DNA of 64,000 bases from a virus (taxonomy: Duplodnaviria; Caudoviricetes): IMG/VR virus record IMGVR_UViG_3300043394_000609, one strand, 5' to 3'. Each line of letters begins with the position of its first letter. Position 1 is the first letter of the stretch. The notes under the pieces are model-generated. The model saw only the letters and a list, made by a program, of their open reading frames with translations, was not told where the DNA came from and made no database searches. A program made the translations under genes and the position numbers. Shown piece by piece: positions 19,116 to 28,340 of this stretch.

Positions 19116-22100
19116 TTAAGAACCAATTTGTAATGTTATTAAACCTGAGTTAATACCAGAACCCCAACTATATGTGTATGTTCCGGGAGTTAATCCCATA
19201 CTTGATAGTGTTTTATTTGCAAATGTGGACGTGTTATTTAATTGGTTACCTGAAACATAACCAACAGGCACAACAATCGATTTGTCGGTGACAGTCCCAG
19301 GGAGTATACCAACATAATTACCTGATGTTGATGTTGGACTACCACCTATAGTACCAAAACTGGTTGGGTACGAATTGAAAGTCACATCGTACTTTGTAGT
19401 TGCCGTTGGTGATAATGAACCCATTCCCCATAACCCTAAACTTCCATTATAACCGGCAGTATTATTGGTGTTACCTTTATCTGTTAAAGATGTTGTGTTA
19501 ATTGTTCCTGAACCTGTCCAAATAACATCGGATCCCGATTCAACAATTGTCATAGTAAAAATAGATGACGGTGTTGGTGTCGGTGTGGCAGTACTAGTAG
19601 GCGTAGCTGTAGGTGTTGCCGTTGGTTGGGCAAATATCGCTTGTAACGTTGCTGTGCTACCTGTAACATATACTACCGTGAAAGATGTCGCTGCCGCAGG
19701 TAAATTAATACCGGTTCCTGACCAATATAAGAAATTACCACTACTATCATCTACACTAATTGTGTATTGTTGATTTTTAGTTACCCCATATGTGGTATTT
19801 GTTGTAAACGTCTCACCATCAAAAACAATATATGGAGTTCCAGACGGTACTAAAATATCTAACACCGCACCTTCAGGTATTGGGGTCGGAGTTGGGGTAA
19901 TTGTTGTCGTTGGTGTAGGAGTTGGTGTAACGCAACTAATATTTACGGACTTTGCAATTATATTACTCGGATTATTCAAATCTCTTACGGCTGCCCAATA
20001 CGTTCCGTCTGCATCTGTTTGAGTACCAACATTATTCCAAGAATTTGCAACGGTATACCATAGCCCCGCATTTAATGCCTCGTTTTCACTTCCAAATACA
20101 TTTGCGGTATACTCCCATTGACCGCTTCCACCTGAGAAGTTGGTTATATTAGTACCTTGTGGGCCACATTCTGCTGTAAATGTAAAATCTAATGGTGACT
20201 GTGTTGATGTTGGGGTAATTGTTGGTGTATATGTTGGCGTGATCGTTGGTGTTGGCGTTTGGGTAGGACAAATCCAAGTACTTACTGAATTGTTGTAATT
20301 CTGTGAAACATCTGAAGATGAAATTGCTCCGTCCCATATTTCTAATCTGCCGAATTTTAATGCTGAATATGTACCATCACCCAAATTGGTACTATCTTCA
20401 GCGCCTATTGCATAATATAAACCAAGGTCGTGGTTATACGGTGTGTCTCTTGTTACATTTACAGAACCAGCACTTTGACCATTTACATATGCGGTTAAAG
20501 TTGTTCCACTCTGTATAAAACCAATGTAATACCAATTATTAAGTGGTGTTGATATTGATGATGTTATAGTATCACCATAAGGCCAAACACTAAATCTCAA
20601 CGACCCACTAACCATTTCAATTTGTGTGTCGTGCCAACTTGTGTTCAAATCGTTAACACCTTGTTCACTTAATATTACACCATTATCTGTTAAATAAACC
20701 CAAAGGAATACAGATGTGTCCGCAGAATCATAAAATGAATCGATTGAACTATTTGTTATGATGTATTGGTTAATACCATTTAATGTTATATACGATGTAC
20801 ACCCATCATTTTGATATGACGGTCCACCAACTATATTTCCGGTTGTACCAGATAAAAGATCCTGAATTGTTGTACCCGTTCCGCTATATTGACTTGAATT
20901 ATTTACATTCAAATCAACAATTTTGTTATATGGTATCATTGTTGGAGTCGGAGTGGGTGTTGGGGTACTTGTAGATGTAGGTGTTGGGGTTGGTGTTTCC
21001 GTTGGGGTTAGTGTTGGTGTTTCAGTTGGCGTTGGTGTTGGTGTTACCTCATTAATAGTTGTATTATATATGTATTCAAAACCGATAGGAATTGAATAAT
21101 TGATATAATTCAGTACTTTAACAACACTAGGTCCCATAAATCCGGCTAATGATATTGCTGGGTATATATCTACCTCACTATATGCGATACCACCACTACC
21201 ACTTAATGGGTTAGCACCAATATTATTCCACTCACCATTATTCACTCTGTAATAGAATTGGGTTCCACAATCAATTAAAACGTCAATTACATCCCCTACA
21301 TTACCAAAAGTTGGGTAACCATCAGATATCATTTGCCCACCATAATAAAGTTCACCTAAATTGGTAAATCCAATACTATTTTGGTCACTTCCTAATGCAT
21401 TTTCAAAATCTGTGTCAATATTACCAAACCCAATCAAATAATTCGGGTCGGAAGGTTCCAAATCAGTATCAATAATTAAACTAAACATTAGTTTTTCCCC
21501 TGACGTGATTAACCTCTTGCCAAATCCTGTATAAACCCCGGGAGCGTACCAATTGGATATCGTCCCTTGGTCAATAACCCCTTCATAACTCTCAAAATAA
21601 TCGGGGTATATGAATAATAATTGACTCTTATTTACTGATGACCACCAAGACTGATTGTTGTTTTCAGGTCTCAGTATCGAATATGTTAAATCATTATTTG
21701 GTATTAACGTATAACTTAAATCTGTATTTGGTATTAATGTATAGTTAACGTCATTAATTGGTATTTCAATTGGGTTTAAATCGTTGTCAGGTAATAACAT
21801 GTAATTCAACCCCCCATCAGGTACCAATTTGAATAACAGATCATTTTCAGGAATTAAGTCATATGTTAAATCATTTAATGGAATTAAAGTATATGTTAAA
21901 TCATTATTTGGAATTAAAATATCTAATAAATCATTATTTGGTATTATAACATAAATTAAATCATTTTCAGGTATAGATGTTACTTCAGTTGGTGTTAACG
22001 TAGGTGTAGGCGTTGGCGTTACAGTTTCAGTTAACGTAGGTGTTAATGTAAATGTTAGTGTTGGTGTTACGGTAGGCGTTACAGTTTGAGTTAATGTTGG

Positions 22101-22211
22101 TGTCGATGTTACTGTTACAGTAGGCGTCAATGTTGGTATTCCGCTTAACTTTAATTTGTAAATTTTACCAATTGGCCTAAATTTATTTGAAAATGAATTT
22201 ATAAATCCCAT
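19116..22211 (-). CDS. Multidomain adhesion/fibre protein: Pro-Thr linkers, IPxND repeats, SPRY-like and LamG-like domains
   Basis: Five TP-rich linkers; 'GDVIDV..D....YYRVN' (SPRY-like); 'NNWYYIG.......AYVNG' (LamG/ConA-like). Confidence 0.65.
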   Translation of the reverse strand: MGFINSFSNKFRPIGKIYKLKLSGIPTLTPTVTVTSTPTLTQTVTPTVTPTLTFTLTPTLTETVTPTPTPTLTPTEVTSIPENDLIYVIIPNNDLLDILIPNNDLTYTLIPLNDLTYDLIPENDLLFKLVPDGGLNYMLLPDNDLNPIEIPINDVNYTLIPNTDLSYTLIPNNDLTYSILRPENNNQSWWSSVNKSQLLFIYPDYFESYEGVIDQGTISNWYAPGVYTGFGKRLITSGEKLMFSLIIDTDLEPSDPNYLIGFGNIDTDFENALGSDQNSIGFTNLGELYYGGQMISDGYPTFGNVGDVIDVLIDCGTQFYYRVNNGEWNNIGANPLSGSGGIAYSEVDIYPAISLAGFMGPSVVKVLNYINYSIPIGFEYIYNTTINEVTPTPTPTETPTLTPTETPTPTPTSTSTPTPTPTPTMIPYNKIVDLNVNNSSQYSGTGTTIQDLLSGTTGNIVGGPSYQNDGCTSYITLNGINQYIITNSSIDSFYDSADTSVFLWVYLTDNGVILSEQGVNDLNTSWHDTQIEMVSGSLRFSVWPYGDTITSSISTPLNNWYYIGFIQSGTTLTAYVNGQSAGSVNVTRDTPYNHDLGLYYAIGAEDSTNLGDGTYSALKFGRLEIWDGAISSSDVSQNYNNSVSTWICPTQTPTPTITPTYTPTITPTSTQSPLDFTFTAECGPQGTNITNFSGGSGQWEYTANVFGSENEALNAGLWYTVANSWNNVGTQTDADGTYWAAVRDLNNPSNIIAKSVNISCVTPTPTPTTTITPTPTPIPEGAVLDILVPSGTPYIVFDGETFTTNTTYGVTKNQQYTISVDDSSGNFLYWSGTGINLPAAATSFTVVYVTGSTATLQAIFAQPTATPTATPTSTATPTPTPSSIFTMTIVESGSDVIWTGSGTINTTSLTDKGNTNNTAGYNGSLGLWGMGSLSPTATTKYDVTFNSYPTSFGTIGGSPTSTSGNYVGILPGTVTDKSIVVPVGYVSGNQLNNTSTFANKTLSSMGLTPGTYTYSWGSGINSGLITLQIGS
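21675..21974 (-). repeat. Ten tandem 30-bp (10-aa) coding repeats IPxNDLxYxL
   Basis: IPENDLIYVI / IPNNDLLDIL / IPNNDLTYTL / IPLNDLTYDL ... IPNNDLTYSI. Confidence 0.9.
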
Positions 22212-22214
22212 GTG

Positions 22215-23252
22215 TTATCCAAATGTTGAGTATTGACCCAATAAAGTCCAGGATCCATTTAATCTTATTAAATTTATACCAAAAATATCTATTTTATTTT
22301 CAGACCCAATAGGTAATTCACCATTTGCCCAATTCACTAGTTGTGTATCGCCGTTAATTTTTATTTCTGTTGGGATATATGCAACATTACCTTGATTTAA
22401 TATAATTGTAATCCCTAATCCCTTATTATTGTCTGTTGGAACATTAATAAAATTAACTATAAAATCACTAGTCATTCCACTATGGTAAAAAATACTACCA
22501 TCCGTAAAATCATGTTCAACAGTATCTGTTGCTCCCTCAATATATAATATATCTTCAATCGTTGATCTTAAACTAAGATTACCATCTAATTTAGTACTTC
22601 CGCTAAATTCAAATTGAAAATTTTGAGAAACGGTTTCAGTATTAAACCCAATTTGTTTTGAACCACTAATCATAATTTGTGGATGTCTCCAATTATTTTG
22701 TGCGAATAAATATAGATTTGACGGGTGGTTTAACCCACCAATAGTTCCAACATATAAATCATTACCCGCATTTACAACATAACCATCATTTTCTCTACCA
22801 ATATAATTTCCAGTATATGTTGATGAGTTTATACCGAGATCAACATAATGAACAGTATCTGTTCCATTATCTGCGGTAACAACAATATCCGTACTTGCTC
22901 TATTTCCGGAATTATTATTCTTTACATTTATTTGTGTGTATTGTGGATGATTACCTTGAAAATAACCAATATTAAAACTACCGCTATTTTCAACATGTAA
23001 AGCTTCTGGGTTAGTTTGAAAAAATGATCCAGTACCAACAAGTAAAGAATTAAAATATCCTGAACCACTTACTGTTAAATCACCATATATCCACTGACTA
23101 CCAGTAAAATGATGTGACCCACTATCGACTAATGTTTGTCTTAAAGTACTTAAACTTGATTTTAAAGTAACCCCATTATCAACTAAAGGTACTACCGCAT
23201 TTAAACTTGGTGCTATCGAACTGGATAGCGCAGATATTTTTTTACTTGCCAT
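22215..23252 (-). CDS. Tail fibre-like protein
   Basis: N-terminal KKISAL motif, 'GDLTVSGS' fibre-type segment and a beta-rich C-terminal domain; late motif 3 nt upstream. Confidence 0.6.
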   Translation of the reverse strand: MASKKISALSSSIAPSLNAVVPLVDNGVTLKSSLSTLRQTLVDSGSHHFTGSQWIYGDLTVSGSGYFNSLLVGTGSFFQTNPEALHVENSGSFNIGYFQGNHPQYTQINVKNNNSGNRASTDIVVTADNGTDTVHYVDLGINSSTYTGNYIGRENDGYVVNAGNDLYVGTIGGLNHPSNLYLFAQNNWRHPQIMISGSKQIGFNTETVSQNFQFEFSGSTKLDGNLSLRSTIEDILYIEGATDTVEHDFTDGSIFYHSGMTSDFIVNFINVPTDNNKGLGITIILNQGNVAYIPTEIKINGDTQLVNWANGELPIGSENKIDIFGINLIRLNGSWTLLGQYSTFG

Positions 23253-23265
23253 TTTTATAAATAGT

Positions 23266-24735
23266 TTAATAAATTATGATGTCGCCATTTTCGGCTTTTA
23301 TATATTCCCCATCTTCAGTTAAAAGACCGTTAAGGATAAAAATATCCAATTCGTCTAAACATTGTTCCCCACAAATTTCAAAATCGTATGTTTCTAATCT
23401 TGTTAAAAAATTGTGTTTAACCATAACCATATTAAATGGTTCTTCATAATATTTGATTGATTTAATGTTAAACTCACAAATACCAGCATGATAATCATTC
23501 ATTAAACCAGTACCACCGCCCCACGATTGTATAAAAGGTTGTGTGCCTCTTGATGATGGTATTACTTCTTCCCAATTTTTTAATTTGTAAATCAAATGTC
23601 CATTTAGATATATCTTTAAATCACCTAAACGGAAATATTCTTCATTTTCCCAATTTTTATTTAATTTTTCGGTGTAATCGTATGTTTCGGTTTCTCCAGA
23701 TAATATAACATTAAATGAATTGGTAATTAAATAGCCAGATGTTATCTGGGTTGATGTTACAGCGCTAACTGACAAATCAGTATATTCAATTGCATGAGGC
23801 CCTTGAATTAAATCATTTTTACCCCCTTTATTATCAATACCACAATTATCATAATAATTGTAACGATCAAATACAATGGTAACATTAAAGTCTTTAGTAT
23901 CACCAGTGGTACAAAGTATTTCTGTTTGACCAGTTTCTCTATAATATGTCTCAGTATACCCACTTGTAGAATCACATGCTCCGGAATATCTAATTGCCGT
24001 CCATTCGATTCTACCATCTTCGGTAAAACCAAATGACAAGTTATTATCGGCATAATCTTCGGGGTCATCATCTCCCCTAACCCCGTAATAATAAAATTTA
24101 CCCCCTGATGACCAAGGTAATGATTCTCGACTAAAAATAAAATCTAATGTCCATCCCTTCTCGGTTCTCCTTCTAATAATTTCTTTTGAATTATCGTCAC
24201 CAAATCCAGTATCGGTTTTATAAGCCCAAGGCTTATTATTTAGACTATTTGCTTGTGAACAATATATTAAATCAGGATTTAATTTCTCTTTACAATCAAT
24301 AACATTATTAGTAAACCCAGTAAAATCATTATTTATTTCTTCATTAAATGAACATATTTCAAAATAATGTACTTCATCTGTTATACCAGTATATGTAAAA
24401 ACATTATTATTTAATATTATATTTTCAAACCCAGATTCAAACGCATCAATAAACCCATTATAATCGACAATATATGTTAAACCAGAAAAAATATATTCCG
24501 AATCATTATCTGTATTATCTATCTCACATAAGCTTATTGTTGATCTTTCAGACGTAAAATTTAATAAATCCCCATTAATTGTTAATCCAGTGTAATTTAA
24601 TTCACTAGATAAATCTAATAAATTGGTGTCATAATCCCCTTCCGTTTTAGCTATTTCAAAGTCATAAAACTCAGAATTATCTAATTTAAGATCCAATTTA
24701 CTACCGTAAAACTTTAAAATATTTTGGTTTGCCAT
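23266..24735 (-). CDS. Virion structural protein (LamG-like), C-terminal LLTEDG motif
   Basis: Likely start at ATG 24735 (MANQNILK), 5 nt after the late motif; ends LLTEDGEYIKAENGDIIIY. Confidence 0.5.
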   Translation of the reverse strand: MANQNILKFYGSKLDLKLDNSEFYDFEIAKTEGDYDTNLLDLSSELNYTGLTINGDLLNFTSERSTISLCEIDNTDNDSEYIFSGLTYIVDYNGFIDAFESGFENIILNNNVFTYTGITDEVHYFEICSFNEEINNDFTGFTNNVIDCKEKLNPDLIYCSQANSLNNKPWAYKTDTGFGDDNSKEIIRRRTEKGWTLDFIFSRESLPWSSGGKFYYYGVRGDDDPEDYADNNLSFGFTEDGRIEWTAIRYSGACDSTSGYTETYYRETGQTEILCTTGDTKDFNVTIVFDRYNYYDNCGIDNKGGKNDLIQGPHAIEYTDLSVSAVTSTQITSGYLITNSFNVILSGETETYDYTEKLNKNWENEEYFRLGDLKIYLNGHLIYKLKNWEEVIPSSRGTQPFIQSWGGGTGLMNDYHAGICEFNIKSIKYYEEPFNMVMVKHNFLTRLETYDFEICGEQCLDELDIFILNGLLTEDGEYIKAENGDIIIY

Positions 24736-24740
24736 CGTTA

Positions 24741-24773
24741 TATAAATATCTTTCATAAGATTTGATATTTATA
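24741..24773. promoter_or_regulatory. Back-to-back divergent TATTTATA late motifs
   Basis: TATTTATA on the minus strand at 24741-24748 and on the plus strand at 24766-24773, each facing its own gene. Confidence 0.7.
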
Positions 24774-24789
24774 TAAAAAGTGTATTTCT

Positions 24790-25527
24790 ATGAATAATTT
24801 TATAAAACAGGTAATTGAAGAGAAATTTGCGTCAAAAGCACAACAAAGATTCTTTTATGCTAAAGCAAATGAAAAGGGCGCGCCTAAGAAAGAAAAGAAA
24901 AAATGGTCTAAATGGGCTAATGAATTTTCAGATAAAACTGATTATAAAAAAATTCCAGACAAAGTGGAAGAGGCTGATCTTGAAGAGATTGTAGACGAAA
25001 AAGGTAATATTAAACGAGGTGATACCCCAGTGGACGTAAATACCGAGTTTACTACATCTAAAAAAGATTCTGATGCAGCTGCCGCTGGTGGACATGGTGC
25101 TATGGGGTCAATCCCTGGTACAAGTACCGCGCAAAAAACATTAAGATATTGGGCTGAATCTGATAATTCTAATCTTTTAGGTGCAGAAACAATGGAAAAA
25201 GACATGACCTATACTCAAGCGTTAAATCATTTTACTAAAAAATTAGGGTTATCTAAAGAAGAAGCTGTTGAAAAATTAAAACAATTAGGTTACATTCCTG
25301 GTCAAGAAGAAATTGTTCGTTTAGTTGAAAACCCTAAACAATATATGTCTGATTATATTGAAAGTGTTTTAGTTAAAAAATCAACTGATGAAGATGTTAT
25401 TTCAAAAGACAATGAAACAACAGAAATAAACCCATTAGTGTTAAAACAAATTGAATCATTACTTAAAAGTGCAAAAACAAATAATATTCCATTAGAAAAA
25501 ATCATTAATAAATTAAAAAGTGAATAG
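24790..25527 (+). CDS. Hypothetical, probable head-internal protein
   Basis: MNNFIKQVIEE leader followed by the basic segment FASKAQQRFFYA; late motif upstream. Confidence 0.55.
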   Translation: MNNFIKQVIEEKFASKAQQRFFYAKANEKGAPKKEKKKWSKWANEFSDKTDYKKIPDKVEEADLEEIVDEKGNIKRGDTPVDVNTEFTTSKKDSDAAAAGGHGAMGSIPGTSTAQKTLRYWAESDNSNLLGAETMEKDMTYTQALNHFTKKLGLSKEEAVEKLKQLGYIPGQEEIVRLVENPKQYMSDYIESVLVKKSTDEDVISKDNETTEINPLVLKQIESLLKSAKTNNIPLEKIINKLKSE

Positions 25528-26017
25528 TCAATTAAAAGATAACGTATATGATGTACCAGCAGATGTTATTCAAAAGATATCTGTTACTGTCGCGAATTTA
25601 AAACAAAATGATGTTCATGGTATTCAACGTGCAAAAAACATACTTAAAACCAAAAAAGTCACATATGGTCAATTAAAAAGAATCATTCACGATTTAAAAA
25701 CAATTGATAAGGTAAATGACAAAATCAGGTATGATCTTTATGGTGGTGAATTAATGGAGAAATGGGCTAATACTTTTTTAGATGGGGAGAGAACCCAATT
25801 AAACAATAAAAAGACCGCAAGTAAAAATATAAACAATTTAACCGGGATGAATAATTTTAGAAAAAACCAATTCATCAAGAAGCATGAAAAAAAGGAGACA
25901 ACTAAAAATCCGGTTAACATGTTAAAACATAATTCAGAAAAAACATCTGTTTCAGCTATTTCATCCGTTGGGTTATTTGAAGAAGTTGAAAGAATGAAAA
26001 AAATCATTAATTATTAA
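25520..26017 (+). CDS. Hypothetical basic protein with C-terminal EEVERMKKII motif
   Basis: GTG start overlapping the upstream gene; C-terminus resembles the scaffold C-terminus. Confidence 0.6.
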   Translation: MNSQLKDNVYDVPADVIQKISVTVANLKQNDVHGIQRAKNILKTKKVTYGQLKRIIHDLKTIDKVNDKIRYDLYGGELMEKWANTFLDGERTQLNNKKTASKNINNLTGMNNFRKNQFIKKHEKKETTKNPVNMLKHNSEKTSVSAISSVGLFEEVERMKKIINY

Positions 26018-26018
26018 T

Positions 26019-26678
26019 ATGGCAACACAGTTAGAAATTATCGCAGAAAAATTGAGACAAGAACATATCTCAAAAAATACCTATGTAGATAAAAAAGAAT
26101 ATAGTATGACGCATAAAAATGCGTTATCCAATGGTGATGAAAAAGGTAAAGGTGAAAGTGGTTCAATGATTGGTTCTAGTGTTGATATACAGAATAGAAT
26201 TAATAGTTTATCTAGAAACACATATAATGAATCAAACGGATACGGTATCACCAATAAAAACGCAATAGCAGATGGTGACGAAAAAGGTAAAGGTGAAAAC
26301 GGTATTAATGTCGGTTCAATAACAGATATTAAAGAAAGAAATACGTTAATCGGTAGAAACGCTTATAATTCATTAAATGGTTATAATTCTAATAATGAAA
26401 ATGCATTATCAAGCGGAGACGAAAAAGGTAAAGGTGAAAAAAATGGTCAAGTTGGGTCATTAAGTGATATCTTAAATCGTACTGATAGCGTTGCTAGAAA
26501 CACATATAATGAATCAAATGGATATGGGCTTACTCACGCAAATGCAATGTCTGATGGTGATTTAAAAGGTAAAGGTGAAAATAATGGCCAAGTTGGGTCT
26601 TCTGCGGATATTCTATTAAGAACAGAAGTTATCGCCAGAAACAAATATAATGGATCAAAAGGATATCCAGATTTTTAA
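26019..26678 (+). CDS. Repeat protein with four 47-aa units (GDEKGKGE core)
   Basis: AAAAGGTAAAGGTGAAA recurs at 26141, 26282, 26423 and 26564 (141-bp period). Confidence 0.8.
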   Translation: MATQLEIIAEKLRQEHISKNTYVDKKEYSMTHKNALSNGDEKGKGESGSMIGSSVDIQNRINSLSRNTYNESNGYGITNKNAIADGDEKGKGENGINVGSITDIKERNTLIGRNAYNSLNGYNSNNENALSSGDEKGKGEKNGQVGSLSDILNRTDSVARNTYNESNGYGLTHANAMSDGDLKGKGENNGQVGSSADILLRTEVIARNKYNGSKGYPDF

Positions 26679-26679
26679 T

Positions 26680-27666
26680 ATGACATTAGATAATATCTTA
26701 AATAATATAATTGAAGAACAGGTAACCCCTGGTAATGAAAAAGCATTAGCACTTAAAACAAGTAAGTCTAAGCCTTTAGTGGACGCAATTGTTAATAGAC
26801 ACCCAATTACATTTTATTATAGTGGACCAAGAAAACCAAAGAAAGATAGTGTAAAAGCCGGTTACCGAATTAAAGCTGAAGCTGTTGCGTTAGGGTTAAA
26901 TAAAAAAGGTAATTTGGTTATTCGTGCATTCATTGATGACCCATCTAAATCGAAAAGAGGTACACCAGGCCAAGTTGGTATGGATAAATCTAATTTTGGT
27001 TGGAGAACGTTTTTAGTTACTAGAATGAGTGGTGTTCAAGTATTAACAACAGAAACATTTGATACCCCAAGAGCAAAATATAAAACGGGAAATGATGACT
27101 CAATGTCGGTAACGTATGTTGTGACAGATTTTAATAAAAAACCTGAAGAACCAAAAAAGAAAATAGTTACAAAGCCAGCTAAAATTTCTAAACCAGCACC
27201 AATAAAACCAGAACCAGTTAGTGTTAAACCGTCAAAAACACCACAAAAGCCTCAAGTCACAAAACAAACTAGAGATTTCGATCAAGAGATCACTAATGTA
27301 CAAAATGATTTAGCCACTGTTGTTGCAGACATGAAAACTAATAATGAAAAATACCAAAGTCTAAAAAATGATCCGGTACAAGCAAAACAATATCTAGATA
27401 TTTTAAAAGATTTAACTGCTAAAAAGAAAGATTTAGAAAAAAAATCAGATGAATTGGTGGATCAAATGAGTCAGGCTACAATATCTGTTGATAATGTCAA
27501 AGCACAAAAATTCATGAGCGCAAATGCTGCAAGACAGAAAGAACCGGAAACAACATTACCGGAAATACCAAAAAACGAAAAACCAGGTAAAACACCGGAA
27601 GACGAATCAGAAAATTTAAATGAAGGTTTTTTAAAACGAATTAAACAACTAATGACTAGAATATAA
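26680..27666 (+). CDS. WYL-domain protein with Pro/Lys linker and coiled coil
   Basis: 'AI..R..I.F.Y', 'R....ALG......L.IRAF' and 'WRTFLVTRM' WYL pattern; likely start at ATG 26680. Confidence 0.65.
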   Translation: MTLDNILNNIIEEQVTPGNEKALALKTSKSKPLVDAIVNRHPITFYYSGPRKPKKDSVKAGYRIKAEAVALGLNKKGNLVIRAFIDDPSKSKRGTPGQVGMDKSNFGWRTFLVTRMSGVQVLTTETFDTPRAKYKTGNDDSMSVTYVVTDFNKKPEEPKKKIVTKPAKISKPAPIKPEPVSVKPSKTPQKPQVTKQTRDFDQEITNVQNDLATVVADMKTNNEKYQSLKNDPVQAKQYLDILKDLTAKKKDLEKKSDELVDQMSQATISVDNVKAQKFMSANAARQKEPETTLPEIPKNEKPGKTPEDESENLNEGFLKRIKQLMTRI

Positions 27667-27713
27667 GCCTTGTGCTTTATTTTATGAAAATATTAAAATA
27701 TATTAAATCTATT

Positions 27714-28292
27714 ATGGAAAAAGTAGGAATGTCATCAAGCGATCTAATGCAAAAATTAGTTAATGCTAAAAAAGTAATGAATAAAGTAGATTCAGGTAAT
27801 TACGAAACTGGTAATATAAATGAAAACATTTTAAGAAGTGCTCCAGAAGATCTGGACCCACAATCTTTTGACGCATCAGCTTCTAGTAGACGACCAGTTA
27901 ACAACAACGCTTCCGTTGATCGTATTAATCAGACAAAATTACCGGATGCAATTAAAAAAGCAATGATTGAGAATCCAATTGCTCAAATGCCTCAAATTTC
28001 ATTAAGTGAAGGTTTGGATATGGATTTTGTGAAAGGGGCTAAAAGATTAATGGAACAAGAAGGTGTTTCAACTAAATCTCAACCACAACAAAGGTCAAAT
28101 CAGTCTAACGGTAACGTAGACATGAATTCATTAGCCATTCTTATTGAGAATACGGTTAGAAAAGTGATGGACGAAAAGTTAAACCAAATTCTAACAGCAC
28201 AAACAACATCATCTATTAACGAAAATTTAGTTTTAAAAGTTGGTGATTCTATCTTTAAAGGTAAAATTACAGGAGTTAATAAAGCAAAATAA
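27714..28292 (+). CDS. Hypothetical protein
   Basis: Open ORF with likely ATG at 27714; no recognised motif. Confidence 0.6.
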   Translation: MEKVGMSSSDLMQKLVNAKKVMNKVDSGNYETGNINENILRSAPEDLDPQSFDASASSRRPVNNNASVDRINQTKLPDAIKKAMIENPIAQMPQISLSEGLDMDFVKGAKRLMEQEGVSTKSQPQQRSNQSNGNVDMNSLAILIENTVRKVMDEKLNQILTAQTTSSINENLVLKVGDSIFKGKITGVNKAK

Positions 28293-28340
28293 TTTCCTTT
28301 TTAAAATTTTAGTCTTATATTAGTTTTATAAACTTTTATA

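Noticed and set aside
21675-26678. 30-bp and 141-bp periodic repeats as CRISPR arrays or DGR repeats
   Set aside because: They are in-frame coding repeats with synonymous variation and no unique spacers; no cas or reverse transcriptase gene is visible.
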